From contig JANMVO010000528.1 of the NCBI GenBank assembly GCA_031392805.1, positions 1 through 37,120 of the forward strand: a stretch of DNA of 37,120 nucleotides, read 5' to 3'. Source of the DNA: Rhodoferax sp. Its GTDB lineage: Bacteria > Pseudomonadota > Gammaproteobacteria > Burkholderiales > Burkholderiaceae_C. A model generated the notes under the pieces. The model ran no database searches, was not told the origin of the DNA, and saw only the letters and a list, made by a program, of their open reading frames with translations. This document shows, piece by piece, positions 6,671-18,155 of the stretch; positions within the stretch are counted from its first letter, which is position 1; the number at the start of each line of letters is the position of its first letter. The translations under genes were made by a program, and so were the position numbers.

Positions 6671-7939
6671 TTAGCGCCTTGGCGCTGCCGCTTCAAGTGC
6701 CTGCGCCAGGTCTGCCTGCAAATCGGCAACGCCCTCCAGCCCGATTGAGAACCGCACCAGGGTGCCGCGCGCCAGATAAGGTGGCCAGGCTGCGCGCATG
6801 GCCGCCAGGTCATAGGGCACCACCAGGCTCATCGGCCCGCCCCAGCTAAAACCCAGCTTGAACAGCTTTAGGGCATCGCAAAACGCGTCCACCTGCCGCT
6901 GTGTGAAGTCGGGCGTGAAGATCACACTCAGAAGGCCCGCAGCGCTACCTGCCAGGCCTTCAGTACCCGCAGTAGCTGCACTGTTCTGGCTGCCTTGTCG
7001 ACGCGAGCGCGACCCACACAGGGCCTGCCAGTGCGCGTGCCCCGGCGAATCAGGCAGAGCAGGATGCAGCACCTGCGCAAACTCTGCCCGGCCCTGGCAC
7101 CAGCGGGCCAGTTCGCGGGCAGCCACATCATGGGCCTGGTAGCGCAGCACAATGCTGGGCAAGGCGCGTAACACCAGTTCGGCATCGTTGCCCGCCACAC
7201 CCAGGCCCAGGCGCATGTGCGTTAGTTTGATCTTCAGGTGCAGACCAGGGTCACGCGTGATGACGCTGCCCATCAGCACATCACCGCCGCCACTGGGGTA
7301 TTTGGTCAGGGCGTGAATTGAGATGTCCACGCCCAGGGGAGTGCCCATGCCGGGGGTCAGATCAAACGGCTTGAAGGCAATGCCGGCACCCCAGGTGTTG
7401 TCCAGCGCGCAAAGCACTTTTTTGGCTTTGCAAATGCGCACCAGCTCGCACAGGTCAGGAAACTCCAGCGTGACGGAGCCGGCGGCTTCCACCCACACCA
7501 CACAGGTTTTTGCCGTGATCTTGTCATTCAGGTCTTGCGGATTCATGGCATCGTAGTAGCGATGCGTGATACCCCAACCTTTAAGTTCGCTCTCGGCCAG
7601 CGCCTTGTTGGGGCCATAGGCGTTGTCGGGGATCAGCACCTCGTCGCCGGCTTTAAGCAGCGCCAGGGCGACGTTGGCAATCGCCGCCAGGCCGCTGGGC
7701 ACCAGCACGCACTGCAAGCCACCCTCCAGCGTGCACAGCCGTTCCTCCAGCATGTAGGTGGTGGGCGTGCCGTGCAGACCGTAGGTGTAGCCGGTTTTGT
7801 CTTTCCACTCGCGGCTGCGCATGGCGGCGACGTTGGTGAAGATCACCGTGGAGGCCTTGAACACGCCCGGCTGCGGCGCAGCAAAGCCCTCGGGCGGGGT
7901 GTAGGGGTGGTGAATCAGCCCAGTGGAGAGGTCTTGCAT
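6671..7939 (-). CDS. metC: cystathionine beta-lyase (Cys/Met-metabolism PLP enzyme)
   Basis: PLP-lysine context SIHALTKYPSGGGD, and C-terminal FSWGGPMSLV...RFSIGLE, typical of MetC. 422 aa. Confidence 0.88.
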   Translation of the reverse strand: MQDLSTGLIHHPYTPPEGFAAPQPGVFKASTVIFTNVAAMRSREWKDKTGYTYGLHGTPTTYMLEERLCTLEGGLQCVLVPSGLAAIANVALALLKAGDEVLIPDNAYGPNKALAESELKGWGITHRYYDAMNPQDLNDKITAKTCVVWVEAAGSVTLEFPDLCELVRICKAKKVLCALDNTWGAGIAFKPFDLTPGMGTPLGVDISIHALTKYPSGGGDVLMGSVITRDPGLHLKIKLTHMRLGLGVAGNDAELVLRALPSIVLRYQAHDVAARELARWCQGRAEFAQVLHPALPDSPGHAHWQALCGSRSRRQGSQNSAATAGTEGLAGSAAGLLSVIFTPDFTQRQVDAFCDALKLFKLGFSWGGPMSLVVPYDLAAMRAAWPPYLARGTLVRFSIGLEGVADLQADLAQALEAAAPRR

Positions 7940-7969
7940 GGACTGTTGCCTGAAATTGCGACGAAAGCC

Positions 7970-8497
7970 TTATACGCTCCACTTTTGGATTAGCTGCCCC
8001 GGCCGCAAGGCGTCGTAGCTCTCAAACGGCTGGTGAATCCACGGGTTGGTTGGCAAAAATTCAACCGAGTAATCTGGCTCGTAAGTTGAAAGTGCCTTGG
8101 TCCAGAGCACGGCGCTGCGCAGTTCAGTGATGGGGGCGTAGTTGTTTTTGAGCAGGTTGATCACCGCTTTGAGCGTGTGGCCCGAGTCGGCCAGGTCGTC
8201 CACCAGAAGCACCCGTCCGGCGATCTCGCCTTTGGGTGTCGTGATGAAGCGCGCAATGTCCAAGTTGCCCTGCACCGTGCCGGCGTCTGAGCGGTAGGAA
8301 CTGGTGGACATGATGGCCAGCGGCTTGTCAAACACCCTTGAGAGAATGTCGCCGGGTCGCATGCCACCACGCGCCAGGCACAGGATGGTGTCGAAATTCC
8401 ACTCGGACTGGTGGATCTTGATGGCCAGCTTTTCAATCAGATTGTGGTATTCGTCATAACTCACGTACAAGTGTTTGCCATCTTCTGTCAACATCAA
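7970..8497 (-). CDS. phosphoribosyltransferase (purine PRT, Gpt/Hpt-like)
   Basis: PRPP-binding loop RVLLVDDLADSGHTL. It lies immediately downstream of purA, as is common in betaproteobacteria. Confidence 0.8.
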   Translation of the reverse strand: MMLTEDGKHLYVSYDEYHNLIEKLAIKIHQSEWNFDTILCLARGGMRPGDILSRVFDKPLAIMSTSSYRSDAGTVQGNLDIARFITTPKGEIAGRVLLVDDLADSGHTLKAVINLLKNNYAPITELRSAVLWTKALSTYEPDYSVEFLPTNPWIHQPFESYDALRPGQLIQKWSV

Positions 8498-8506
8498 ATA
8501 GATCCT

Positions 8507-8565
8507 TATTTAGTAGCAAACTATGCAAGTAACAAGAGGGCTACAGGCATTTTTATTGGAAAATG
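8507..8565 (+). repeat. short dispersed repeat, copy S1 (core GGGCTACAGGC)
   Basis: TATTTAGTAGCAAACTATGCAAGTAACAAGAGGGCTACAGGCATTTTTATTGG aligns with 34268..34325, 26558..26620 and (inverted) 37081..37120. Confidence 0.55.
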
Positions 8566-8609
8566 TCGTGAATTCGGTTGCTTCAGGGCTGGTTGGGGCT
8601 CATTGGCGC

Positions 8610-10007
<1,398 letters not shown>

Positions 10008-10043
10008 TTAAAGTTCATGGCGTTGCGCTAATTTCAATGGTTC

Positions 10044-11192
10044 TTACACTGCTTTCACGACCCACTGTCCACTGACCTGAATCAGCTCGCGGTCACACTG
10101 GAACTCATCCACTTCACTTTCATGCCCAGGCAGCGCGCAGACGACAGTTTCGCCCCGGCCACGCAGCGCTGCGATGGCCCGGCGCAACTCGCTGGCATCT
10201 CCCCAAGGCGCACGGATCGCGGCGTGCAAGGTTCGTGGCGCAACAGCCCCAACCAATGATTTGACATCCAGGCTAAAGCCCACGGCGGGACGGTTGCGGC
10301 CAAACACCGCTCCCACCTCGTCGTAGCGGCCACCGCGCACCAGGGCGTCGCTGGCACCCTGCGCATAGATGGCAAAACGCGCACCGCTGTAGTAGGCATA
10401 GCCACGCAGATCGGCCAGGTCGAACGTGACTTTGGCACCGTCAAGCTGTGTGGCCAACCATTTCAAATTTAATAGCGACTCATGCAATATTGGCGAGGAC
10501 TGTAGCACCTTTTCGGCTTCAATCAGTATTTTTTCATCGCCATAAAGCTGCACCAGCGCCAGCAGGCCCTGGCGGGACGCTTTCGGGAAACTGCGGGTCA
10601 GCACCGCCAGTTCACTGGCGTCCTTGGCGGCCAGCGCGGCATGCACCTGGGCCAGCAAAACTGGGTGCATGGAAACCCCTGCCAACAGGGAATTGACGAT
10701 GCGCACATCGGCCATGTCAACGCTGAGGTGCTGCACCTTGGCCGCCTTAAGGCAATCGAGCGCGAGCAGCAAGGTCTCCAGGTCCGCCTCCAGTCCGGCA
10801 TGGCCATAAATTTCCGCGCCAAACTGAAGCGGCTCACGCGTGGCGTGCGGTTTTTCTGGCCGGGTGTGCAGCACCGGGCCGCAGTAGCACAGGCGGGCAA
10901 CACCGGTGCGGTTGAGCAGGTGGGCGTCGATGCGCGCCACCTGGGGCGTGGTGTCGGCCCGCAGGCCCATCATGCGGCCCGAGAGCTGATCCACGAGCTT
11001 GAAGGTTTGCAGACCGAGCGCCTCACCAGTGCCGGTCAACAGCGATTCAAGGTGCTCCAGCAAGGGCGGCATGACCAACTCATAGCCATAGCAGCGCGCC
11101 ATGTCCAGCAAATCTCGACGTAATTCTTCGATGTGGCGGGCCTCGGAAGGCAGCACATCGGCAATGTGATCCGGCAGGACCCAGGCAGACAT
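10044..11192 (-). CDS. hisZ: ATP phosphoribosyltransferase regulatory subunit (HisRS paralogue)
   Basis: Class-II aaRS-like core ([19 protein letters not shown]) without an anticodon domain. It sits between hflC/DUF2065 and purA. Confidence 0.88.
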   Translation of the reverse strand: MSAWVLPDHIADVLPSEARHIEELRRDLLDMARCYGYELVMPPLLEHLESLLTGTGEALGLQTFKLVDQLSGRMMGLRADTTPQVARIDAHLLNRTGVARLCYCGPVLHTRPEKPHATREPLQFGAEIYGHAGLEADLETLLLALDCLKAAKVQHLSVDMADVRIVNSLLAGVSMHPVLLAQVHAALAAKDASELAVLTRSFPKASRQGLLALVQLYGDEKILIEAEKVLQSSPILHESLLNLKWLATQLDGAKVTFDLADLRGYAYYSGARFAIYAQGASDALVRGGRYDEVGAVFGRNRPAVGFSLDVKSLVGAVAPRTLHAAIRAPWGDASELRRAIAALRGRGETVVCALPGHESEVDEFQCDRELIQVSGQWVVKAV

Positions 11193-11249
11193 GTAGTTTT
11201 GGGGAACTGTTAAAACAGTGATTTTACCGGGCTTGTTGCCCGAAAATCC

Positions 11250-11438
11250 TCAAAGCAGGAACAACACCAGCAAGGCACCCGCCAAAATGCTGCACAACCC
11301 GAAGAACCTGACCTGCCCATCGCTCAGCGCCTGAATCTGCACAAACACGCGGCGCCAGCCAGCGGGCGACAGGAATGGCAGCAAGCCTTCAATGACCAGC
11401 GCCAGACCCAGGGCGACGAAAAAGGTAGTGATCTCCAA
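11250..11438 (-). CDS. DUF2065-type small membrane protein
   Basis: 62 aa with two hydrophobic helices. It occupies the conserved position directly after hflC. Confidence 0.65.
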   Translation of the reverse strand: MEITTFFVALGLALVIEGLLPFLSPAGWRRVFVQIQALSDGQVRFFGLCSILAGALLVLFLL

Positions 11439-11441
11439 GCG

Positions 11442-12350
11442 TTACTTTTTTGACGCTGTGGCTGACGTGGCGGTGGCGTTGCCCCGAAACACTTTAAAAA
11501 ATTCTGATGATGACGGGTCTAACACCATCACGTCGCCCTTTTTATTGAAGCTGGCCCTGTAAGCGTCAAGGCTGCGGTAGAACTGGGCAAACTGGGGGTC
11601 CCGGCCAAAGGCTTCGGCATAAAGGCCCGCCGCTTCAGCGTCGCCTTCACCTTTGATTTTTTGCGCATCCCGATAGGCGTTGGCAATGGTCACTTCGCGC
11701 TGGCGGTCCGCATCGGCACGGATTTTTTCGCCCTCGGCGGCACCGGTGGAGCGCAACTCGTTGGCGACACGCTTGCGCTCGGCCTCCATGCGCCGGTACA
11801 CCGACTCGGTGATCGCATCCACGTAGTCAGCGCGCGTGATGCGCACGTCCACTACGTCAACGCCCCATGGCTTGGCCCCGCGAACTTTTTCCAGCACTTC
11901 GGCCTTGACAGCGGCGCTGATGGCTTCGCGCTTGGTGGAGAGCAATTCCTTGACGGTGTGTTTGTTGACTTCCTCCTGGAACGCATTGCGCACCACGCGG
12001 TTGAGCTGGGTGGCACCAGATGCCTCGTCCAGACCGACATTGCGGATGTACTGTGTGGGCTCGGAAATGCGCCAGCGCACGTACCAGTCAATCACCATGC
12101 GCTGCTTCTCTGCCGTGAGAATTGGCTCGGTCTCGGTGGTCTCCAGCGTCAACAGGCGTTTGTCAATGTAGGAGACATTCTGAAACGGCGGCGGCAGCTT
12201 GAAATTCAAGCCGGGCTCGGTAATGACTTCCTTGATTTGCCCCAGGGCATAGACCACGCCAAACTGCCTCTGGTCCACCACAAACAGCATTGAACTGGCC
12301 AGCGCAAGCAGCACCAGCAGCGACGAAAAAATAAATCCAAGTCTGTTCAT
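11442..12350 (-). CDS. hflC: protease modulator HflC (SPFH/band-7)
   Basis: N-terminal TM segment plus SPFH domain. It follows hflK. Confidence 0.92.
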   Translation of the reverse strand: MNRLGFIFSSLLVLLALASSMLFVVDQRQFGVVYALGQIKEVITEPGLNFKLPPPFQNVSYIDKRLLTLETTETEPILTAEKQRMVIDWYVRWRISEPTQYIRNVGLDEASGATQLNRVVRNAFQEEVNKHTVKELLSTKREAISAAVKAEVLEKVRGAKPWGVDVVDVRITRADYVDAITESVYRRMEAERKRVANELRSTGAAEGEKIRADADRQREVTIANAYRDAQKIKGEGDAEAAGLYAEAFGRDPQFAQFYRSLDAYRASFNKKGDVMVLDPSSSEFFKVFRGNATATSATASKK

Positions 12351-12359
12351 CGGAAATTC

Positions 12360-13790
12360 CTAACGAGAATCGCGGTCACGCGTGCGGGCCGAGTCGCGGG
12401 TACGCGGGTCAGTGGACGGGATGCCGGATGCAGGCGGGGCTACAGGCACGGTGGAAGGTGCGCTGACAATGCTGCCGGCGTCCTGCCCTGCCATTTGCAT
12501 GATCTTGTCAAGCGGCAGGTACAGCAGGTTGGCGCCCTGCCTGGAATCCACCAGCACTTTGGTGACGTTGCTGTAAATCTGCTGCATGGAATCCAGGTAC
12601 ATGCGGTCGCGTGTCACCTGTGGCGCTTTCTGGTATTCCGCCAGCACCGATTTAAAACGTTGCGCATCGCCTTGTGACTGCGCGACGATTCTGGCTTTAT
12701 AAGCGTCGGCCTCTTCCTTCAGGCGGGAGGCAGAACCAACCGCGCGTGGAATGACATCATTGGCGTAGGCCTGCGCTTCATTTTTGGCGCGCTCGCGCTC
12801 TTGACCCGCCTTGAGCACATCGTCAAAGGCGGCCTGCACCTGCTCGGGCGGGCGCACGCCGCCTTGCTGCAGGTTGATCCCCACCACTTCAATGCCCACT
12901 TTATATTGGTCAAGAATTTTTTGCATCAAGGCCCGCACGCGCGGCGCAATCTGGTCCCGATCCTCTGACAGGGCCGAGTCCATGCGCATCTTGCCAACCA
13001 CCTCCCGCACCGCTGTTTCAGCGGCTTGCACCACGGCTTCAGCGGGGTTTTTGCTTTCAAACAGAAAGGCACGGGCGTCACTCAGGCGGTACTGGACAGC
13101 GAATTTGATCTCAACAATGTTTTCGTCTTCGGTCAGCATGGCCGATTCGCGCAAGCCGGTGGCCTTGATCACGGTGTCACGCCCCACATCGACCGAGCGA
13201 ATTTGGGTGACAAAAATCAGTTCATGGCGCTGAATCGGGTACGGCAGGCGCCAGTTAAAGCCAGCCCCTGCCGATGATTTGTATTTGCCAAACTGCGTGA
13301 TGACGGCCTGCTGGCCCTCTTGCACAATGAAAAAACCGGTGCCAAGCCAGATCAGGACAACGACCGCAGCAATCAGGCCAGCGCCAATGCCGGCACTTTT
13401 CATGTCCGGCTGAAAACCGCCTCCGCCATTGCCGCTGCCCCCTGGGCCGCCAGTGTTATTTCCGCCGCCCCCAAACATACCGTTACCGCCACGGCCAGAG
13501 TTCTTTTTGCCGCCGAACAAGCCTCCCAATTTGCGGTTGAAGTCACGCCAGAGTTCATCCAAGTCTGGCGGGCCTTGTTTCGAACCTTTGTTTGGGACGC
13601 GGTCGTTGCCACTTTTTGGCGGCTGCGCAGGTTTATCGCCCTCTGGGGGCGGCGGCTCCGCTTTGCCGGGGTCAGCCGATTTGTCATCGCTACGCCCCCA
13701 ACGTGGGTCGTTCAGGTTGAACATGCCCCTGATGCGACCAAAGACACTCTGTAGGGTGGTCAGGCCATTGGCCGGGGATTGGAGTTTCAT
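12360..13790 (-). CDS. hflK: protease modulator HflK (SPFH/band-7) with Gly-rich N-terminal region
   Basis: MFNLNDPRWGR motif, Gly/Asn-rich spacer, TM segment and SPFH domain. The start is either ATG 13790 or ATG 13724 (MFNLNDPRWG). Confidence 0.92.
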   Translation of the reverse strand: MKLQSPANGLTTLQSVFGRIRGMFNLNDPRWGRSDDKSADPGKAEPPPPEGDKPAQPPKSGNDRVPNKGSKQGPPDLDELWRDFNRKLGGLFGGKKNSGRGGNGMFGGGGNNTGGPGGSGNGGGGFQPDMKSAGIGAGLIAAVVVLIWLGTGFFIVQEGQQAVITQFGKYKSSAGAGFNWRLPYPIQRHELIFVTQIRSVDVGRDTVIKATGLRESAMLTEDENIVEIKFAVQYRLSDARAFLFESKNPAEAVVQAAETAVREVVGKMRMDSALSEDRDQIAPRVRALMQKILDQYKVGIEVVGINLQQGGVRPPEQVQAAFDDVLKAGQERERAKNEAQAYANDVIPRAVGSASRLKEEADAYKARIVAQSQGDAQRFKSVLAEYQKAPQVTRDRMYLDSMQQIYSNVTKVLVDSRQGANLLYLPLDKIMQMAGQDAGSIVSAPSTVPVAPPASGIPSTDPRTRDSARTRDRDSR

Positions 13791-13843
13791 CTCATCGTCT
13801 CTGGTATGTCATTGGTCGAGTGCAGGTGCAGGATTGTGCCGAA

Positions 13844-15055
13844 TTAAGGAGCAGACTGATAATTCTCAAGGGAATTTTGATCGACTTCATTGGACACCGG
13901 GTTTGACACCGGGTCTGTCGCCGAGGTGAGCGCCGATGGGGCCGCACTGATCTGGTCAGCAAGCTGCCGACGCAAGGCAGGAAGGCCTTCGCCAGTGCGC
14001 GCGCTGACGAACAGGCGCGGCGTTTGCAGACCATCCACATCAAACATGTCCTCAAGTTGCAGCGGCCAGCGATCCTTTTCAAGGGCGTCCAGTTTATTAA
14101 ATACCAACACCTGGGGAATCTCGGACGCCCCGATCTCGGTCAACACCCGTTGTACTTGCGCAATTTGTTCAGGGTAATGGGGATTGGCAGCGTCAACCAC
14201 ATGCAGCAGCAAGTCGGCGTCAACCGCCTCCTGCAGTGTTGCCGCAAAGGCAGCAACCAGCCCGTGTGGCAAATCCCGAATAAACCCGACCGTGTCGGAA
14301 AGCGATACTGATCGGCCCGCATCACCCAGATAGAGTTGGCGCGTCGTCGTGTCAAGCGTTGCAAACAACTTGTCGGCGGCATAGGCTTTCGCCTTGACTA
14401 GGGCGTTGAAAAGCGTTGATTTGCCGGCATTGGTGTAGCCCACCAAGGAGATATTAAAGGTGTCACGCCGCTCGCGTTGACGCCGCTGGGTCTGGCGCTG
14501 GCGTTTGACTTTAACCAGGCGCTCTTTGGTGTGCTTGATGGTCTCACCAATCATGCGGCGATCCAGCTCAATTTGCGCTTCTCCTGGACCACCCCGCATG
14601 CCGATGCCACCACTTTGGCGCTCCAGGTGCGACCAGCGGCGAACCAGACGGGTGCTCAGGTATTGAAGCCGAGCCAATTCAACCTGTAGCTTGCCCTCAT
14701 GGCTGCGGGCACGTTGCGCAAAGATTTCCAGAATCAACAGCGTGCGGTCGTTGACGGGCAAATCCAGATGGCGCTCCAGGTTGCGCTGCTGCGCCGGGCT
14801 CAAGGCTTGGTCAAAAAGAACCTCGGTCGCGCCCAACTGGGTGGCCAGAAGCTTGATTTCATCGGCCTTGCCACTGCCCAAAAACAGCGCTGCATCGGGT
14901 GCCCTGCGCTTGCAGGTGACCCGCGCCACTGGCTGCAGTCCTGCGGTTTGCGCCAGCAGGCCAAGCTCTTCAAGTTCGCCGTCGAAATTCGGCAACCCAA
15001 AATCCACCCCAACCAGGATGGTTGGGGCGTTCAGACGATCACGCGAATCAGCCAA
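13844..15055 (-). CDS. hflX: GTPase HflX
   Basis: G1 motif GYTNAGKSTLFN and DTVGF. It lies downstream of hfq. Confidence 0.94.
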   Translation of the reverse strand: MADSRDRLNAPTILVGVDFGLPNFDGELEELGLLAQTAGLQPVARVTCKRRAPDAALFLGSGKADEIKLLATQLGATEVLFDQALSPAQQRNLERHLDLPVNDRTLLILEIFAQRARSHEGKLQVELARLQYLSTRLVRRWSHLERQSGGIGMRGGPGEAQIELDRRMIGETIKHTKERLVKVKRQRQTQRRQRERRDTFNISLVGYTNAGKSTLFNALVKAKAYAADKLFATLDTTTRQLYLGDAGRSVSLSDTVGFIRDLPHGLVAAFAATLQEAVDADLLLHVVDAANPHYPEQIAQVQRVLTEIGASEIPQVLVFNKLDALEKDRWPLQLEDMFDVDGLQTPRLFVSARTGEGLPALRRQLADQISAAPSALTSATDPVSNPVSNEVDQNSLENYQSAP

Positions 15056-15121
15056 ACTCAGGAATGTGAAAAGAGGTTGTCAAAATTGACCTGCCAGGCA
15101 TGCCCGCCCGGACAATGAACA

Positions 15122-15370
15122 TCACGTGGCCAAGGGCGGGTCACCTTCCGCAATTGAGAAATTCACGGCGCGCCCAGGCACAATGGTAGAAATGGCGTGC
15201 TTGTAAACCATTTGCGTAACAGTGTTGCGCAGAAGCACGACGTACTGGTCAAATGATTCGATCTGCCCTTGCAGCTTGATACCGTTTACGAGGTAAATGG
15301 AGACCGGCACATGCTCACGGCGCAATGCGTTGAGGAATGGGTCTTGCAGTAACTGCCCTTTGTTGTTCAC
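15122..15370 (-). CDS. hfq: RNA chaperone Hfq
   Basis: Sm motifs [45 protein letters not shown] lies 5 nt upstream of GTG 15370. The longer 98-aa ORF (to 15418) has no support. Confidence 0.95.
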   Translation of the reverse strand: MNNKGQLLQDPFLNALRREHVPVSIYLVNGIKLQGQIESFDQYVVLLRNTVTQMVYKHAISTIVPGRAVNFSIAEGDPPLAT

Positions 15371-15641
15371 GATATTCTCCGTGTTCAAGAAATTGTTTAG
15401 AAGCTGGAACGATACCACAACTATGCCCCGGGGTTTGGCTGTGGGGGGCCCACTCCCACAATAAAGGAACCTGATTAGTTACCTGCCTCAGGTGGTTTTA
15501 AATAACAGTGAATTTCACCTTTTGATGAGTGATTTGGATGCTTTTTACGGGCTTTTATGCTTAAACTTTAGGCATTGCGGGGCAGGTAACCAAGCAGGTA
15601 AGGAATGAATTGCCAACGGCCAGTGCATCGGTCAAGTGAGA

Positions 15642-16982
15642 TCAATCGTCTTTGTCAGCAAATGGATTGCGCGAGGTTTTCATTTCAATTCGCATGGGCG
15701 TTCCGACAAGGTCAAACTCCTTGCGAAAACGCCCTTCCAGAAAGCGTTTGTAAGCGTCCGTCACGTGCTCCAGCGAGTTGCCATGAATCACAATGACAGG
15801 CGGGTTCATGCCGCCTTGATGCGCATAACGCAGCTTGGGCCGGTACATTCCCGAGCGCTTGGGTGCCTGGAATTGAACCGCCTCAAGCAGCAGGCGCGTC
15901 AACACCGGCGTTGACATCTTGCAATTTGCGGCACGAAACGCCTGCGCGATGGATGCCCACAGAGGACCCAATCCCTGGCGCTTGTGCGCAGAAATCAAGT
16001 GCATGGTCGCAAATTTCAGAAATGGCAAGCGGGTTTCGATAGACCGTTTTACCAGTTCACGCTGATATTCATCGACCGCATCCCATTTGTTGATGGCCAG
16101 CACCACGGCGCGCCCACTCTCAAGGATGTAGCCCGCAATGTGGGCGTCCTGATCGGTCACGCCCTGCGTCGCGTCAATCAGCAGCAGCACCACACTGGCG
16201 GATTCAATTGCCTGTAGTGTTTTAACTACCGAGAATTTTTCGATGGCTTCAAATACTTTGCCCTTGCGGCGAAGGCCTGCCGTGTCAATCAGCTCAAAGC
16301 GCTGGCCGTTGCGCTCAAACGGGACCGATATCGCGTCCCGCGTAGTGCCTGGCAAATCAAAAGCCACGAGTCGTTCCTCGCCCAGCCAGGTGTTGATCAG
16401 CGTGGACTTGCCCACATTGGGCCTGCCGGCGACTGCCAGTTTGATGACACCAGGGTCTTCTTCCTTGTGCGCGTCATCGGGGTCGGCCAGTCCCAGTGGT
16501 TCAAGTGCCAACTCCACCAAATCCCGTGTGCCTTGCCCGTGAGCCGCAGAAATCGGATAGACCTCGCCCAGCCCCAACTCAAAAAATTCGACTAATTGCG
16601 AACCTTCCTGCATTCCCTCGGCTTTGTTGGCGACCAGGATTGTCGGTTTTCCCAAGCGACGCAGGTAATTGGCAATCTCATGGTCTTGCGCGGAAATTCC
16701 TTCCCGTGCATCCACCACAAAAATAACCACATCCGCCTCCGCCACGGCCTGACGGGTTTGCTTCGCCATTTCCTTGTAGATACCACTGGTGGCGTCTGGC
16801 TCGAACCCGCCAGTATCGATGACGATGAACTCGTGTTTTCCCTGGCGGCCATTTCCGTAATGACGGTCCCGTGTCAACCCGGCGAAATCCGCCACAATGG
16901 CATCGCGGGTCTTGGTCAGGCGGTTGAACAGCGTTGACTTGCCGACATTTGGACGGCCTACCAAAGCCAATACTGGTTTCAT
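15642..16982 (-). CDS. der: ribosome-associated GTPase Der (EngA)
   Basis: Two tandem G domains ([12 protein letters not shown] and [12 protein letters not shown]) plus a KH-like C-terminus. Confidence 0.95.
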   Translation of the reverse strand: MKPVLALVGRPNVGKSTLFNRLTKTRDAIVADFAGLTRDRHYGNGRQGKHEFIVIDTGGFEPDATSGIYKEMAKQTRQAVAEADVVIFVVDAREGISAQDHEIANYLRRLGKPTILVANKAEGMQEGSQLVEFFELGLGEVYPISAAHGQGTRDLVELALEPLGLADPDDAHKEEDPGVIKLAVAGRPNVGKSTLINTWLGEERLVAFDLPGTTRDAISVPFERNGQRFELIDTAGLRRKGKVFEAIEKFSVVKTLQAIESASVVLLLIDATQGVTDQDAHIAGYILESGRAVVLAINKWDAVDEYQRELVKRSIETRLPFLKFATMHLISAHKRQGLGPLWASIAQAFRAANCKMSTPVLTRLLLEAVQFQAPKRSGMYRPKLRYAHQGGMNPPVIVIHGNSLEHVTDAYKRFLEGRFRKEFDLVGTPMRIEMKTSRNPFADKDD

Positions 16983-17009
16983 AAAGGGAGCGAGATGCCG
17001 TGTGGATGC

Positions 17010-18155
17010 CTACTGTGGCCTGAAGCCAAAAATGCCACCACCCCGCGTGACAACCACCAGGGTGTCGCCCGCAGCGAGCACGGGCGCTGCGACAATCGCA
17101 GTGCCATCGGTGTTGATACGGTTCAGGGGAGAACCGTCTTCACGGGACAGCAAATGCAAAATACCCGTGCTGTCCCCAACGGCGACTGAACGTCCCACCG
17201 CCAGTGGCGCGGTCAGGCCACGGTACTTAAGGCGCTCTGACACCCAGGCGCGTTCGCCGTCGGCACGGCGCCATGCGATGATTTTTCCGTCGCTCTCAGA
17301 ACCGTACACAAAACGGTCATCGCCATGAAGACCTTCTGAGCCGGACGCTGGCTTTGACCATGCCACACTGCCCTGAACCGTGTTGACACAACCTACTGCG
17401 GCCTGGAACGCCCTGACGCACACGGAGTCGCCTTCCCGGCTCACGTGTGCTACCAGATCGACCAGGCGCTCTACATCATTGGTCCCCCTTGGTGTGGCAA
17501 TGGGTGCCTCCCAACGGCTGCTGCCATTTTGCGGATTCATGCCGACCAGACGGGCCGACAAACCCACCACCAGCGTGTCGCCAGCCGCGAGCAACACACC
17601 GGCTTGACGCAGCACCAGGGGTTCGCCCGGACGGGTCTGGCTCCAGAGCTTCCGTCCAGATCGGGCGTCGAACGCCGTAACGGAGCGGTCGGCGCTCAAT
17701 ACAAATACGCGCTCGCCAGCAACCAACGGTGCCGTAAAGCTCAATGCGCCCAGTTTTTGACGCCACACTTCTCGCCCCGCATCAAGTACCACCAATTCGT
17801 TGCTTCGAGTGACGACAGCAGCGTATCGCCCGTCGCTGCCGACACCCGCAGCCAACGGCGACCCGACAGACGCACGCCACACATCAGCCCCGGTGCGCGC
17901 GTCGATGGCAGCCACGTTGCCGTCGGCGCTTGCAAGCGTGATGTTGTTGCCGGTGACGCGGACATCCAGCGGAAAACTGACTTCACCAATTTTTGATGTC
18001 CAGGCCAGGCGAACGCCAATCAGCGCGGCGTTGGGGCCGAGCTCAGCCGGTTTCGGTGCTTCAATGGTACTGGCGCAGCCCGCCACAACCATCGCCACGC
18101 ACAGTGCACAGGTGGCCTGGATGCGCGCCACCGCAGAGAAAAATTTGAGGCTCAC
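17010..18155 (-). CDS. bamB: outer-membrane protein assembly factor BamB (PQQ-like beta-propeller lipoprotein)
   Basis: Lipobox VVAGC and repeated W-containing blades. It lies between yfgM and der. Confidence 0.9.
   Translation of the reverse strand: MSLKFFSAVARIQATCALCVAMVVAGCASTIEAPKPAELGPNAALIGVRLAWTSKIGEVSFPLDVRVTGNNITLASADGNVAAIDARTGADVWRASVGSPLAAGVGSDGRYAAVVTRSNELVVLDAGREVWRQKLGALSFTAPLVAGERVFVLSADRSVTAFDARSGRKLWSQTRPGEPLVLRQAGVLLAAGDTLVVGLSARLVGMNPQNGSSRWEAPIATPRGTNDVERLVDLVAHVSREGDSVCVRAFQAAVGCVNTVQGSVAWSKPASGSEGLHGDDRFVYGSESDGKIIAWRRADGERAWVSERLKYRGLTAPLAVGRSVAVGDSTGILHLLSREDGSPLNRINTDGTAIVAAPVLAAGDTLVVVTRGGGIFGFRPQ

Noticed and set aside
15371-15418. Upstream extension of hfq to a 98-aa ORF.
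   Set aside because: Hfq proteins begin about 6 residues before LQDPFLN. GGAGA plus GTG at 15370 fits, whereas the extension ([16 protein letters not shown]) has no SD and is AT-rich leader sequence.
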